Shown piece after piece: positions 23,101 through 35,459 of a stretch of 64,000 nt of DNA. The stretch spans positions 11,718,001 to 11,782,000 of the forward strand of contig JAYWIR010000001.1 of the NCBI GenBank assembly GCA_036172245.1, given 5' to 3'. A program made the translations under genes and the position numbers. Below the pieces are notes generated by a model. The model was given only the letters and a program-made list of their open reading frames with translations. It was not told the origin of the DNA and did not search any database. The first letter of the stretch is position 1, and the number at the start of each line of letters is the position of its first letter. Origin of the DNA: Raillietiella orientalis (lineage: Eukaryota).

Positions 23101-26100
23101 TCACCCAAGACGCGCGCCTGCGCGCGCGCTCGCGGCGCCACCCGCCGCGCGACTGAGGCAGCGAGAGAAGGCCGCCGCCGTGCGCGAGCCGAACGCGCGC
23201 GCGCGGCCTTCGGGGCTCCTCCTGGAGACGGCGCGAGTCCGTCGCCGCCGCCGCCGCCGTCGTCAAGGGGAAACAGCGGGCGGACGAGTGGGTGACTGCG
23301 GCGTTTGCGTCCGCCCGCCGCCGGGATTCCAGAAATTTCCTGCCGGGACGCGCGCCCTCACCCCTCCCCCTCGATCCACCCGGGAGGATCTCAACGGAAA
23401 ACAAGATAAGCATGGATAATGGAGCGGAATTCGCGCGCGAGCGTGGGGAGGGTCAAACGGACGTTGCTCGAGACGACGACGACGACGACGACGGATCCCG
23501 ACGATCCCCCTGTTCGCGCGCTCCCCGCTTCTACCTCCCTCACGTCGGCAGAAACGGTGAACGGACGGAGAGCTGCCGTCGCTTTCAGTTTCCCAGGCAA
23601 CCGAGAGCACCTGCACACTGCCGAAGAGGGGACTCGGCGGGTTGTGGACGAGTGTGACGCCACGTCCTCGCGCTGGAGAGGGAGATCATCGGCAAGGGTG
23701 AGGAGGGGGGCAACCCCGCGAAGGAAGCGGAACCTCATCAGGAAACTCAGGACGCAGGGGTCGCTCGCGGACGTCTTCCCCTTTGCCGTTCCCTTCCCTG
23801 GAGGGAACCACTCGCTCCGCTTGGTTGGGACTCCGCCTCTCCCAGGACAAAGCGTCCTGGAGAAACAAGGGGGAACGCTGCACGCCCCCCCCCCCTCCTC
23901 CTCCTCCTCGTCTTCCCTACGGATCGAAGCGCTTCCTCCGGGAGGGGGCGGGACGGAGAAGAGCGCGGCGGCGGCGTGCATCCTCCCAGCCCAGCGGCCG
24001 GGAAGGCGTCTTCCCGGGAAACGCGGACGTCGAGCGCCGCCACCGCTGAGCAGGCGCGTTCCTGATGATTCCCTGCCGGGCTGCAGTGGATGCCGGGATC
24101 GATGCGAGAGCCGCAGGGGAACGGGACGCGGACCCGAGCAAGGGGGAAGGGGGTAGCAGGGAGACAAAACACTCCCCTGTTCGTCTCCCGCAAGACGCAC
24201 ACCGCTCTCGGAGTCTTCCTGCCCAAGGCGCATGCCCGCAGAGACCGCGACGACCTTCGTCGAGTCACCCGCGCGCACACGATAACGACGACCACGGCGA
24301 CGAACCCCACCGGAAGCGCGCATGAAGCGGAGATGGCGGCTGCCGGCAACCGGAAGCAGCGCGAAGGCAGCAGCGCGGAACCAAGTCGCTGGGAAGGGGA
24401 GCAGCGGAGGAAGAGTCCGGCGACGACCACGGGGCAACAAGTGATCGGCATGTCCTGCCGCCCTTCCTCATCACACAACGAGCTGTGCAGACGCATCGCG
24501 TGTCCAGCGAGAACGAGAGCGGCGGGCCCGAAGCTCGACTGCTCTCCCGCCCTTCTCGAGCGGACGCGGCAGGCGAGCAGCTTCCCTCCCTTCCCTGTGG
24601 AGCAGCGGATGCGAGCCAAAATCGCTCCTGAGAAAACGCGACGCCTCGTTCCGAGCTGGGATCTGCACCGCGCCGACTGCGCGCGACCTCTCCGAGCGGC
24701 GCTCGCCAGCATCCCGAATCCCCCCGAGCCCGAGTGCAGCTGCACTCGCGCGCGGTAGTTGCGTCGGACCGCAACAGATGGGTCTGCGGCCGGGGAGAGC
24801 GCGGCTTGCCGGAACGGAGTGCCGCCGCTCTCGCTTTCGTTGTTGTTTTTTTGCTTTCGGAAAGCGACCCTCCAGCGAGAGGTTTTTCTTTTCTTTTCTC
24901 ACAACTATGGAAAACTTCGCCTGTGAAAAACAAAAGCAAAGGAACACAGAAAAAAGGGGAGCGACAATTTTGCAGTCCATCAGGCTAATTTTCAAAACGA
25001 GTCGGTCGAAACAGGGGCGTCCAAGACAGTCGCACAGGGCTGTGCTCGCAGCATCACGGCCGTCGCTTTCTTCCCTTCGCACCCGCCCTTGGAAGGGACA
25101 TTGCAGCGCATCCATTTTTCAGAAGCGACGCACCTTGGGGCACGGATCCCTCTGCCTCACCACGCCCATTTGTCTGTGGGAAGTTCCTGCCGCAAGAGTG
25201 TCCGTTCGGCCGTGAGGAGCCGGAGGGAAGGCGCACCATTCTCTCAGGACGGACGCGTTCCGCGGTTAAAGGCACCTCCGGGCTGCACGTGATTGTGACC
25301 TCGACGCGTGCACGTGCCGAAAGACGACGAAGCAGCGGCCAGTCGTCGTGGCTGGCGCAGCTGACCAAGTGCATGCGCTCTCCTATGCAAAGGAGGGGCG
25401 GCAAGGGCGAGGGCACAGAAAGGGATGCGGCAGCGCATCCCAGGAGAACCAGAAGCCCCCTCACTCCGGGGCGTCGCTCTCAACGCCTTTCCAAACACTC
25501 CGGGCGGAGACCTCAGTCAGACCTGACGCGACCCGAAAGACCGACGGGGAGCGGGGAAGGAGAGCGCGCCTACAACCCACCCGCCAGCTGACTGCGACTG
25601 CCTGACGCCGACTCGACGACGGCGAGTCTCCTCCCTCCAGGGAAATCTCCGGTTGCGCTTGCGAGCGACCCGGGGAGGTTTACCCGTCCCCGAGGCGCTC
25701 TCTGCCGGTGCAGCTCCTGCGGTCGCCTCCATAGACCCGGTACTGATGACGTGGGAGAAGGAATCATAAGGGGGTGGTGGTGGTGGTGGTGGAGGGACGC
25801 CCCTGGCGGTCAGGGAAGGGCGGCGCGTCTTCCCGGGCGCTAGTCCAGACAACGCAGCGAAGTGAGCCGGCCGCATGGGTCCGCAGGGAAACCGCAGCTG
25901 CCGCCCTCGCTCCGGACAGCCGCCGGGACGGAGGGCTGCTGCTCCGCGATCGTAGGAGGGGCAAGATACGAAGCAGGAGGGGTCCGTTTTCGGGAGACGC
26001 AGGCAGGAGCAGCGGCCGCTGCTCCGGCCAGCGAGTGCAACGGGACGGGGAGGGGGAGGGGAGGGAGACATACTGGCCCTTAAGAGTAAGGGGGGACAGT

Positions 26101-26405
26101 GGGCAAGCAAGCAGGAAGGCGGAACGTACTTTGGGTTCTTGGGGCTGCTGCTGCTCGCATGGCGCCGGAACGGCTTCTTCATCTCTCTCTCGGACATTTC
26201 CTCCCACGTCTCCATGGAAACCTGGAGATGGAAAAGCGGGAGGTAACATGATGATGGCGGCCGGGCGAGCCCCTCCCTCCAGACCGACCTTCGCCGCTTC
26301 TTCGCGCTCGAGGCAGCCCGTGATCTCCTGGAGGTCCCTGGACTCGTGCTTCGACTGCTGAGAGAACTTCTCCCTCATCTCCATGAGATACGGGTAGCTG
26401 AGCAT
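10118..26405 (-). CDS. OtopLa: Otopetrin proton channel, OtopLa-like; spliced model complement(join(10118..11191,11269..11429,14421..14589,14907..14957,15017..15157,21926..22040,22558..22793,26130..26405)), 2223 nt = 740 aa + stop
   Basis: Otopetrin motifs occur in successive exons: LSAFYSKLVIV..AEV..FYE, FFVYLY, SFCLRIGAIAFGLGTMI, FMQMYLVFVN, RFGLMHIVATNICVW, YLYPIIVEYSLI, KPGRQVVSFLLMINVALW, LPLSILHRFH. All junctions are GT-AG and phase-compatible. The subfamily call rests on recalled Drosophila OtopLa features (N-terminal M..PY..EMRE, HRFH near the C-terminus). The two 5' exons and the microexon are less certain. Confidence 0.9.
11269..11429 (-). CDS. OtopLa: OtopLa-like exon (AFGLGTMISCGLDCGIFFE...QMYLVFVNAK)
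   Basis: Acceptor ttccag|cc, donor aag|gtaatg; 161 nt, the same length and phases as paralog exon 38210..38370; followed by a 77-nt intron. Confidence 0.93.
14421..14589 (-). CDS. OtopLa: OtopLa-like exon (KWSRTSKEEQ...SFCLRIGAI)
   Basis: Pyrimidine tract plus ttgcag| acceptor, donor atag|gtgagg; ends in the SFxLRxGA motif; phase 0 to 1 fits the neighbouring exons. Confidence 0.9.
14907..14957 (-). CDS. Candidate 51-nt in-frame microexon of the OtopLa-like gene (PLPAHLQERARQGRQLP)
   Basis: Acceptor ccttgctttag|, donor ccc|gtgaga, exactly 17 codons, phase 0-0, with a 59-nt upstream intron similar to other short introns here. No homology support. Confidence 0.55.
15017..15157 (-). CDS. OtopLa: OtopLa-like exon (AFFVYLYGVSILFLLYIFCYLLQE...LSLLK)
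   Basis: Acceptor ttgcag|gcg, donor aaa|gtaggt; 47 codons; homologous to AFYVYLYLGSIFFLLY of the paralog. Confidence 0.92.
17624..17945 (-). mobile_element. 5'-truncated copy of the same SINE-like family, in an OtopLa-like intron
   Basis: Colinear similarity with 52040-52300 (aagaaccg.tcgc, aggggcaacc, gctccggagg..gagtccgttcctctc). Confidence 0.65.
19490..19635. repeat. Polypurine tract containing a 29-bp tandem duplication
   Basis: gagaaggaaggagggagcaaagggaagag twice; similar GA-rich tracts at about 12310-12465, 21170-21290 and 55010-55110. Confidence 0.8.
21926..22040 (-). CDS. OtopLa: OtopLa-like TM1 exon (TATCIVLSAFYSKLVIVTCLAFLTAEVMTKNVTLHFYE)
   Basis: Acceptor ttccag|a, donor gag|gtgagc; 115 nt, identical length and phases to paralog exon 38808..38922. 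Confidence 0.93.
22558..22793 (-). CDS. Probable N-terminal exon of the OtopLa-like gene (PLAGPLAP...MEDEERNDH...ADHRG)
   Basis: Acceptor ctccgcag| (phase 0) and donor gg|gtgccg (phase 2) bridge the 26130 donor and the TM1 exon in frame. The donor is weak and alternative starts exist at 22743 and 22691. Confidence 0.5.
26130..26405 (-). CDS. OtopLa: Probable first coding exon of the OtopLa-like gene (MLSYPYLMEMREKFSQQ...QEPK)
   Basis: cgccATG start, 92 codons, donor aaa|gtacgt. The start resembles the recalled insect OtopLa N-terminus (MQRCPYIHEMRERL); composition is protein-like, unlike the surrounding GC noise. Confidence 0.65.
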
Positions 26406-27790
26406 GGCGGGAAAGCTGTCATAATAGGAGCTCAGAGAAACTCACTAATTCCTCCGTGGCCTCGTCCTCCGCAGCAGCCTCCGCGCTGTGTCTGGAAAAG
26501 CCACACTATAGAGGAGGGCGACCGCCAACCAAATAGGGAAAGGGAGGAGGAGAGGAAAGAAAAGAGGACCCACACATCCAACCACTCATGAACCACACAT
26601 CATCCAACCACACATCCAACACATCCAAACCCAGAAAACTGCGATCCGAGAGCGAGCGACAGCAGACGCACGGAGGCGGTGATGCGTCTGGACGGTGCGC
26701 TCGACCAACGGCACTCGGCGGCGCCACCGCCTGTCGGACGTCGGTCCACTGCGCGTCGGCGAGCGCACCACCCTCTTCTCCCTCGACTTGCCGAACTCAA
26801 GAAAACCCCAGGCCGAAGGCCAGAACTGCCGATGGGGGATAGCCAGAAGCTCCTCTTCCGAGAGGCGAGCCTTCGATGACAGAGATGTGGGAAGGACCCA
26901 CCCGAAGTTCCTCCGAAGGGAGGGAGCACAGCATCCCTCCCTCCTGGACAAAGCAGGGCGAGGAGGCGACAGACAAGAGGAGGAGGAGGACTTCCCTTTC
27001 AAGACGAAGAATGCCCAAGAACCACCGGTTCGGGAATCGTCCCAACGCCGCGTCCAGATTCTTCGTGGCGACGATCGGCGCAGACGATGCCCCCCGGTGG
27101 GAAGGAGCTCGCCCGCTCTAAAGGCTCCCCGGACCTCTTCCTCGCCCCGCTGTGGAGACCTGGTCTCCACGACCTCGGCGCGGTTGTCTCGCCCTTATCA
27201 TCCTGCCGTCCCATTTCCCCTTCCGCTCTTCCCGAGTTCAAGCCCAGGTGCACCCGGGCAAGGCCGCAGGAAGAGCGTCCGAAAATGGCGGACGCTCTTT
27301 CCGCGCCTGTTGCCAGCCTGGATCGGCGAAACCGGGAACCAGCAGGGGAACGGCACGCGCGCTCGAACTTCCAGAACCTCGCGAGATGGGGGGAGAATAG
27401 GGGAGGGCAACTCCAGTGTCGCCGGTCAGACCCATCCAGTAGCGCCGCTTCCGGCGAGCATGCGCGAAGGCGTACCCATCCCGGTTCAGCGCCTGCCTTC
27501 GAAGGTCGAGTCTTCCCCTCCGCCGACCAGCCCTCGCTTAGGTCTAAAACAGGCGTGGTGCGCAGGGTCACGATCCCTCGAGGAAGCGCGAGGCTGCCCT
27601 TTGGACTGCCAGCCTTCCAGCAAAGAGTTTAAAGCACACCACCGTGCAGCGTGCGTCCACCGGCCTCCGCCGAAGACGGCTCGCAGTCTCCCTTCGGCGG
27701 CATCCTCAGCTCCCCGCCCGTCGCAGTTTCCTCCTCCCTGCTGCACTCGGGAACACCGGCATGGACGTGCAAAGAGCCTGCAGATCAAGG

Positions 27791-27842
27791 ACCGCAACCT
27801 GAGACAACACCATAAACCGCAACCTGAGACGCCACACCATAA
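27791..27842. repeat. Short tandem duplication (about 26-bp unit x2)
   Basis: accgcaacctgagacaacaccataa followed by accgcaacctgagacgccacaccataa. Confidence 0.85.
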
Positions 27843-28024
27843 AAAGAATCCACCTCCCAGCTTCCCTCCCTCCGTTTGGAAACAGAGGATCTATTTGGGG
27901 GCGAACTTCGCTAGGGAGTCCTGCCGCCTAGCAGCAGCATCTCCCCCCCTCCCCTCCCCGTTTCATCCCTCTTCCGATTCACGCGCTCACGGAGAGCACC
28001 CATGGGGGTGGCTGCGCTGACTGC

Positions 28025-28097
28025 AAGTCGACAATGAGATTCGAACCCGCTTCCCTCGAGATCGGTGCCACGTTCTCTACTCGCCACGCCACAAGGA
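28025..28097 (-). mobile_element. Degenerate tRNA-like (SINE head) sequence
   Basis: Minus strand reads tggcgtggcgagtaga...gcgggttcgaatctc (A-box and B-box spacing); the cloverleaf is not intact. Confidence 0.4.
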
Positions 28098-30162
28098 TCG
28101 TCGTGCAAAAAATTCTTATCAAGGACACTCAACTTCCATTCCCTGTGCACTGCTTGCACCAGGGGAGAAGGCAAGGCTTTGTACAGCTCCTTCAATCCAC
28201 CCTACCCCTTGGGCGGAATGAAGGAGGACCGCGAGAGTTCCCTTAGCATTTCGTCGTTCCCGAGGGCCCCGCGCCTCCCACCCGGCCGGTGACCACTTTC
28301 CTAGATCGGGCAAAGCACTTGTGCTTGATGAAAACGCAATCCCTCGCTCAGCGAGAAGGATACCGATGCCTCTTTTCTCCCGGAGCCCCTACGACTGACG
28401 GGGTGGGGGGGGGGCATTCCGACGACACCTGGCACCTTCAATGGCAGACACCCAAATTCCACTTTGGCGGAGGAAAAGCCAACCCCCGAAAACGCGAGGG
28501 CGACTTCCCGCTATGCACCAGAACACCTCCCCGTCAAAGAGACTGTCGAAGGATGGTGCTCTTGAAAGGCCGCCTGGCAACCCGCTGCAGCAACTGCTGT
28601 CGCACAAGCAACAGAAAAAAAAATTTCTTTTTTTTTTTTCTTTCAAAAAAGGAGACAGCAGGCAGTTCACGAGAGTTCAGCGCTAGCCGGAGAAGTCGAA
28701 ACGCAGCGCGTCGAAACGAATGAATCCAAGGCGCGGTTGCCAGGGAACCGCTTCCGCTGAAGTGTTGCGAGGGCTCGGGTAATTCGAAGAGCGTTCGTTT
28801 CTCAGACAAGCGCACCCGAAAGGATTCCGCTGCCGGTGGCTCGCGAGTCTGGAGCGCAGCAGCGCCGCCACCACCACCACCGCGCTGGGAGGAGGGGGTG
28901 GGGAGCACCTGGAAGGGTGTGTCCCTCTTGGCCATCCGGGAGCCGCAGTGTCGTGGAGGTGTCTGACGTGCGCTCTTGGGACGTCGGGAACAGGGAAGCG
29001 GACCGTGGAGCCAAAAAAGCCGCTCGCCGCGTGGGAGCGAGGGGGCGGGAAAGGCTACTCACGTCTTGACGCACATTCGAGGGCCGTCCAGCGCAGTCCT
29101 TCCCGGAAGGGGGCTCACGCCTGCCAGCATCAACTGCGTAGGAGAACGGAGGTTTCCCGGGGGGGGGGGGGAAGCCAGCCGAGGGAAACAACACGAAACG
29201 GAGGGAGCCGACGCGCGCGCGGCAGGTGAAAGACCGCGCCGCAGTCCGCGGCGCAGCCAGGAAACGGAGGAGACAGCAGCAGGTTTTGCAAGAGGAGAGG
29301 CGACGGCGTTCCAGCTGGCGAGGAGAACACACACGTCGACACGCGAAGGTGGGAGGGACCGGACGCGTCTACGGGGAAAAACCTTCTGGCGCCAGCGACC
29401 GCAAATGCAAGGCAGGCGGCGCGGCGGGCGAGCCGGTGACGCGGCACCCGGGAGCGTCGAGGCAGGCGAAAGAGGGGAGGGGAGAGGAGCCGAGTTCGAC
29501 CGCAAGGGTTCCGCCCGTAGGAACCAATCGAGAGAGGGGATGGCGGAGATCGGGAGCGCGCATCTAGCACCGCTGGAGCCGAGGAGGTCCGGGAACTCTG
29601 TCCGGGAACCGCAGTGGCGCAAATTCCGAGAAATAAACTAGAAAAAAAAAAAAAAAAACACATCTTCGAGGGTCGAGGAGGGCGAATCAAAGGCCACACG
29701 GCGGCATCCACGGGACGCCGGCTGCGCGTGGGTACGTCTGCGGCAACAGGAGTCCCGCAGCCAGCCGCGTGACGTCACCATCCCTCCGCACCGGGGCTGT
29801 GCGAACCTGTACCGCGGGGCTGCCCCACGAACGGCACGCGGCTCCGCCCAGCCTCCGACGCCGGCCGCTTGCAGCCGAACCGCGCGGGGCACGGCGGGGA
29901 GCCTACCGGGCAAGGCAGGGCGACCCGCGCAGCGCGCCAACACTTACGCATGCTGCACGTGAAGGGGTCGAACGCCTGGTCGCGGAGCTGCTCATCGGGG
30001 TGACCGGACCGCGGTGGAACCTGATCCCGCGATCCCGTACATCTCCCTTGCTCATGCCAGAAGAGGCCTCTCACGTCGTTCACACTGAAAAGACCAGGTA
30101 GAGCTGCCCGAAAGCCACGAGCGCACGGCGAAGGGTCCGCCGTTCCCCCCACCCTCCCTCCA

Positions 30163-30318
30163 CGCACGCACACGCGCGCGCGCGCGCGCGCGCGCGCCGA
30201 GGAACCGCGCAGCATGTGAGCCGACGAGAAACGATTTTCAGTGCACGCCACATCACTTGGACCAGTAGTAATTGCGGGGGAGGGAAGCTATTAGAAGCCG
30301 CGGAACTCGCGTTTCGTC

Positions 30319-30351
<33 letters not shown>

Positions 30352-30353
30352 GC
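30163..30353. repeat. (CG)n and (CA)n dinucleotide tracts
   Basis: A cgcgcg run at about 30172-30196 and a cg+ca run at about 30320-30353. Confidence 0.85.
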
Positions 30354-30515
30354 GAGTGCAGGAAGACACACGCCTTACGCGAGCACCACCGCCGCCAGAC
30401 TACCAGCGCGGCGCGAACCTGCCGCTGCTGCTGCCACTCCTCCTCCAAGAGCTCGGCAAACGCAACGGCCGGACTTTGTTTTCGCAGGGTGCTTCCGCTG
30501 CGCAAAAGGAAGTCC

Positions 30516-31447
30516 CGCGCTGACGCAACAATGCCTTCTCTCCCTCCCTTCCCCCTTCCTCCTCCCTGTCGTCTCGCGCCCTGCTCCGAGCGCACCGGGA
30601 ACGCCAGCCGCCGAAGGCGCCGCGGGCCCGAGCCAGCACACCCTCCGAGCGCGGCAACCGCTGGCACGGTTTCAGGGAAGCCGTTTCGGGCCGTACCGCG
30701 CGTTCCACCCGCTGCAGGCGATGACCACGACGCCCGGTGCGAGGCAGGAAACCTAGGAGGGCGGAACGCTCCCGTGCGCGCGCACGGGGTGTCTCGTTGT
30801 TCCCCCCTCCTGCCGCGTCCCTCTCCTCGCTTCCCTCCGAGGATCACCTTTCACTTCCCTTGCGCGCGCATCCTTCCGGGATGCGGGGGAGGGAAGAGAC
30901 CAGCGAGCATCTAGCCTCCGGCGAGCGAGCGTCCAGGGAAGCGCGTTGCGTCCTAGATCTTTCGAGGCGCGAATGCCGGCGGCGCGAGTGGGAGGCGACA
31001 CGCACCGCCACGCCCTGCTTGGCTAAGAGACAGCGAGGTGCGCGATCCTTTGGCGTGCACCGCGCGCGCTCACGACAGCCCCCTCCACGCTCCAGGGCGA
31101 CGCGCCCGTGGGTCGTGCGGTCGCTGCAGAACGCAAGCAGCAGCAGGCCAGCGACTCGGTCGGTGGGCGCACTGCGGCGAGGGGACGCGCGCTCGGCGCA
31201 TGGCCCGTCGCAGGTGCCATCAGCGCGCCAAGACACCCTTCGACGGGCGCCTCACTCTTCCGATTGGCAAAAGCCGTGCTGACGCAGCAATGCCTTCTCT
31301 CCCTCCCTTCCCCCTTCCTCCTCCCTGTCGCCTCGTGCCCCGCTCCGAGCGCACCAGCAACGCCAGCCACCGAAGGCGCCGCGGGCCCGAGCCAGCCCAC
31401 CCTCCGAGCGCGGCAACCGCTGGCACGGTTTCAGGGGAGCCGTTTCG
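30516..31447. repeat. Pair of ~172-bp direct repeats (30516-30688 and 31275-31447)
   Basis: Both read gctgacgca.caatgccttctctccctccc...ggcacggtttcaggg.agccgtttcg with only scattered substitutions; offset 759 nt. Confidence 0.9.
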
Positions 31448-34400
31448 CGTCCCCGGATGCCGTTGGCTCGTCGCTCGCTCCCGGAAGGCGAGGGAGGACG
31501 GCGGCAGCGGCGACTCCCTTCTTTCCGGGACGTGCGAAGGTTTCCCCCCCCGTACGCACGGCCGCCGCTGCCCGCCTGCAAATCCACGCCGGTCGAAGCC
31601 TCCGGCGCGCTCGCTCGCTCGCGGAGGTGCGTGGGTGGGTGCGTAAAGAGGGGGAAACACGGGCACTGCCGCTGCCGCGTGACCTGGGACGGAATGGGGG
31701 AGGTCGCGGAAGAAGTCCAGCGGAACCGGGGGGGAGGGAGAGGGAGGGGTTCCGTGGCGCAAGCGATCCATCGCCGCAGCCTCCGAAGCCTCGTGCATCC
31801 GCATCCCTCTTTTATGCTCCTGGCAGCGGCCTCCGCTCGGATCGCTCGGGAGAGGCGCCCGCCTTCGCCTCCCCTTTCTCTCCGGGAAAGCCCGCGTGAA
31901 CGCACGCACGCGTCCGTGTTCCACATCCACCCTCGCGTCGAGAGTTCTTCCGCCTCCACCGGAGGCAGCTATTTTTAGCTCGGTCCGAAAATAGCTCCGG
32001 CCGCAACAATGCTCCCCATCCACAGCTTTCCGCGAGTGCGCCTTGCCATCCTTTGGAAGGACGCACGCACGCGCAGACATGGGGGAGCGCGCGCGCGCAG
32101 CGGCGCTCCAGCGAACGCTCCCGAACTGCACGCCCGAGTTCCGCAGAAGGATCGCGGGACGGGGATGGGGGGGGGGGGAGGGGTTTCGGGTGCGCTCATC
32201 CCCCAGGATTGCCCGGAGGGGTCGGGGAGAGGGGGAGAACCCTGACGAGGAAGATCAAGGTCTCGCTCCTTCGCAAAGCAGTCTTTCGGAATCCGCGAAG
32301 GAGTCCCGTTGCCCCGGTGACCCGCCGCGACGCCGCGCGCGCGCGAGGAAGGGAGGGAGGGAGTCGAGGGACGGGAAGCAACGGTTCTCCGATTGCGCGC
32401 TTGCCCTGGCTGAGCGCGCGCCGCGTGGGTTCCTTCCCCCCCGCCCCCTTCTGAAGGGTGCTCCAAGAGGCGTTTCGTGACCGGAGGGCGGGAGGGAGAG
32501 CAGCAGCCTCACGGCGGCCCGGCCTCAAGTTCGCGGAACTGCCCCAACACTCGCCAGCCGGAAGGTCTTCCTCCTCCTCCCCCTTTTCCACCTTCCACGG
32601 CGGAGGGAAAAAAAGAAAAACGGCGGAAGCGAGCGTGGACTGCGGCCGCCTGCAGTGAAACGGGGCCGCGACCTCTTTCGCCGGCCACTCCGAGACGAAA
32701 CCTGCGAGGAAGCAGTGCGAAGCGAGGAAACGGAGGCATTCGCACGCGGCTCTTCTGCGTTGCCCAGACCGGCAAAGGGCGGACTCCCTCCGCAAGAGAG
32801 TTCCGGAGCGCTTCGTTTCCGACTGGTGGCCAAACGCGCGGCGCACCCAAGTGCGCCGCTCCGCTGCCTCCCTACGCCTTGCGCCCACAGAGCGCGGAAG
32901 ACGGGGAGAGCGACCCCTCCTCCGGCAAACGCGCTCCCCCCTTCCCCTCGAACCCTCAAAGTGTGACCACCTGCCGGCTGCCTCCCATTCCTGGCGGCCA
33001 GGAACTGAAAAACTTCTGGACGCGAAAGACCGGAGCGGATGCGCCCCACGGCGCGTGGAGACGCGAGAGGTGGTGGCACGCAATGGCTGTCTGCGCAGAC
33101 GCAGGGGCGCTGGCAGTCCCGAAGTCTGGACGTCGGTCGGGGACGGCGGAGTGCGTCAGGGGAAGGAAGGGGCGCAGAGGGGCCTGGACTCTGCCGCCCG
33201 GTCGGCCGGGTTCCGGCGCCGGAAGTGTGTGCGGGGTCGCGTGGTAACGAGCGTTAGTTCTTCGCTGGTCCAGCTAATGGGCTCCGAGATCGGACCCTCC
33301 CTCCTCCTCCCTTCCTCCTCTTCTCTTCCCTTTCTACCTCCTGCCGTCTCCTCCTCCTCCTCCCTTCCTTCACTTTCCCCGCGTGCTCCTCCTCTGGTCT
33401 CTGCTGCCCGCAGTTTCTCCAGGGCACGCACGACGTGCGACACCCGTGGGCTGGCCGAGCGAGCATCACCGCACGCAGTTCAAGAGAGGACGCCCGCGTA
33501 CCCACTCCCGACATCCCGATTTGCCCGCTTCCCGCTCCCCCTTCCTCCTCCTCCTGCTCACCTCGGCGCACTCCCGTGGCACGAAGCGGGGTCCGGGCGG
33601 CATTGGGAAACGGCAGCAGACAGCCGCCGTTTGGCCCGCCCGCGCACTCCCGGAGGAAAAGGGCAGGACCGGAGAAGGATCCGCTCCTGGCGGAAAGGAG
33701 AGGGTGGGAAGGGAACCCGAACGGGGTCCGCCGCAACCCGGGAAAACCACGGGTGCCGCTGCTAGAGATGACGCGCGGTCGCGGGGCGGAAGTCCCGCTT
33801 CGGGTGCGGACCGAATGGAAGGCGCTCCGCTGCCCCCGGAATGGCGAAGCGGAGGAAGGCTGGCCGGGAGGGCAAACTCCGGCTGCGCCTCTCGGGTCCC
33901 GGGGCGGCCACGAGCATCATCCCGCGAAGGAGGTGAGCGAGCGCCCTCGGCGTGCGCGCGCCGTGCGCATGCGCGAGCGCTCTCTCTCCGTGTGTCAACT
34001 CTCTGCCCCGCGCGCGCGGTGCTGGCGGCAAAACATGGCGACACGAACAAAAGGGGGGGGGGGGAATGGACCGACGAAGAGACGAGCCCCCCCAGCCACC
34101 GTCATTTCGATGGCCTCCCCGCCTTCGGCGGGCTGCTGCGAGTCACCGTGAGCAAAGAGACCCCGGGAGACCCCCTACGCTCTCCCCCCTTCCCCTTCAA
34201 CCTCTCTTCCTCCGACTTACCGCCCTGCGTGCCCCGACCAGCGTCCACTCCTTGCAGCTTTTCTCCTTGCTTTCCTGGGGGGAAGGGACGGGGCGGCAGG
34301 GACGCCCTTTGTTTTCTCCCAAGCGAACCGCGTAGCCAACTGGCGAACAGGGGTCGGAGGGGCACGGGGGTCGGGGATGCCTCCAGGCAACCGGGACGAG

Positions 34401-35453
34401 CGTGGAGGGGGACGGAGGGGCGCTGCACTGGGAGCGAGGCCCCTTCTTCCGGGGGGAGGAAAATCTGCGCGCCTTTTTTCCCCGTCCGCAAAGGGCGGTC
34501 AGATGCGCCGCCTCGCTCCGCTTCCCCAGGAGGACGGCGCGCTCCCCCTTCTCCCCCTCCTCGTCGGGGTTGCTGCCGAGGGGAACGCGCTGCGCGGCGG
34601 CGACTCCGCCCGCGGCCGCAGGGAGGCGCGCTCGCTCGCTCGGGTTCTTTCTCTCCCTAGGGCACTGGGAAGAAGGGGATGGGGGGAGGGGGAACATTCT
34701 GCCCGAAGGTCGCTGCCGGCCGTGGGGGGCGCTGCACGCAATCAGCGCGGATCGATCAGGAAGTGCACGCGGCTCCCCGCGCCCGGCGACGCGCTGCGAG
34801 CGGGAAAAAAACATCCTGTGGGGAGGGGAGGACAGTAATCGCGTCGCGTCCCCGTGCGAGCAAAGAAAAAAAAGGGGGGAGGGCTAGGGGACCCTTCCGC
34901 CGCAGGGGTGGACCGGGCGATGACGAGTCGTTGCCAGCACGTCGCGCGAAACTTCGCGAGCTGGAGGGACAGCGTGCGCCGCCGCGCGGCTTCAACCGGA
35001 AGCAGAACCTTGAAAATGGGGTGGGGTGGGGGGGATTGGGGAGGAAGAAGGGAAGGGAAGGACGTTCCTGCTGCCGCTGCGGAGAAGCTAGCGATAGCGT
35101 CGCTTTCCTCCATCGGGGGAACTGCGCCATTCTCTCGGCCGGATTTCGAACGATGACGTCATCGGCCGGAAGGTTTCTCCCCCCCCCTCTCGCGATGTGA
35201 CGACGCTGACAGCGGCCCTTTCCCCTTCTCCCAACCCTCCTCTCCCTCTCCCTCTCCCTCCTCACTGCGAAGCGAAGGGTCGGCTTTCCGTGACGGCAGG
35301 AAAGCGGGACGCCAGCAGAGAGGGAAAGCGAAAAATCGACCACGGGGAAAGGGCGGCCCCGGCAGGGAGAGGATGACGAATGCCGCCCGCCTCCCGGAGG
35401 AGGAAATGAAAAATGAAGGGAACGCCGTCGCCGTCACTGCTTCCAGTTGCTGC

Positions 35454-35459
35454 TTTATT
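35454..35459 (-). promoter_or_regulatory. Candidate poly(A) signal AATAAA of the OtopLc-like gene
   Basis: Plus-strand tttatt about 435 nt past the stop, inside an AT-rich patch in otherwise GC-rich DNA. Confidence 0.65.

Noticed and set aside
26571..27842. CRISPR-like or regularly spaced repeat arrays (CACATCCAAC-type run, 26-bp duplication)
   Set aside because: Simple slippage repeats without unique spacers, in a eukaryotic context with no cas genes.
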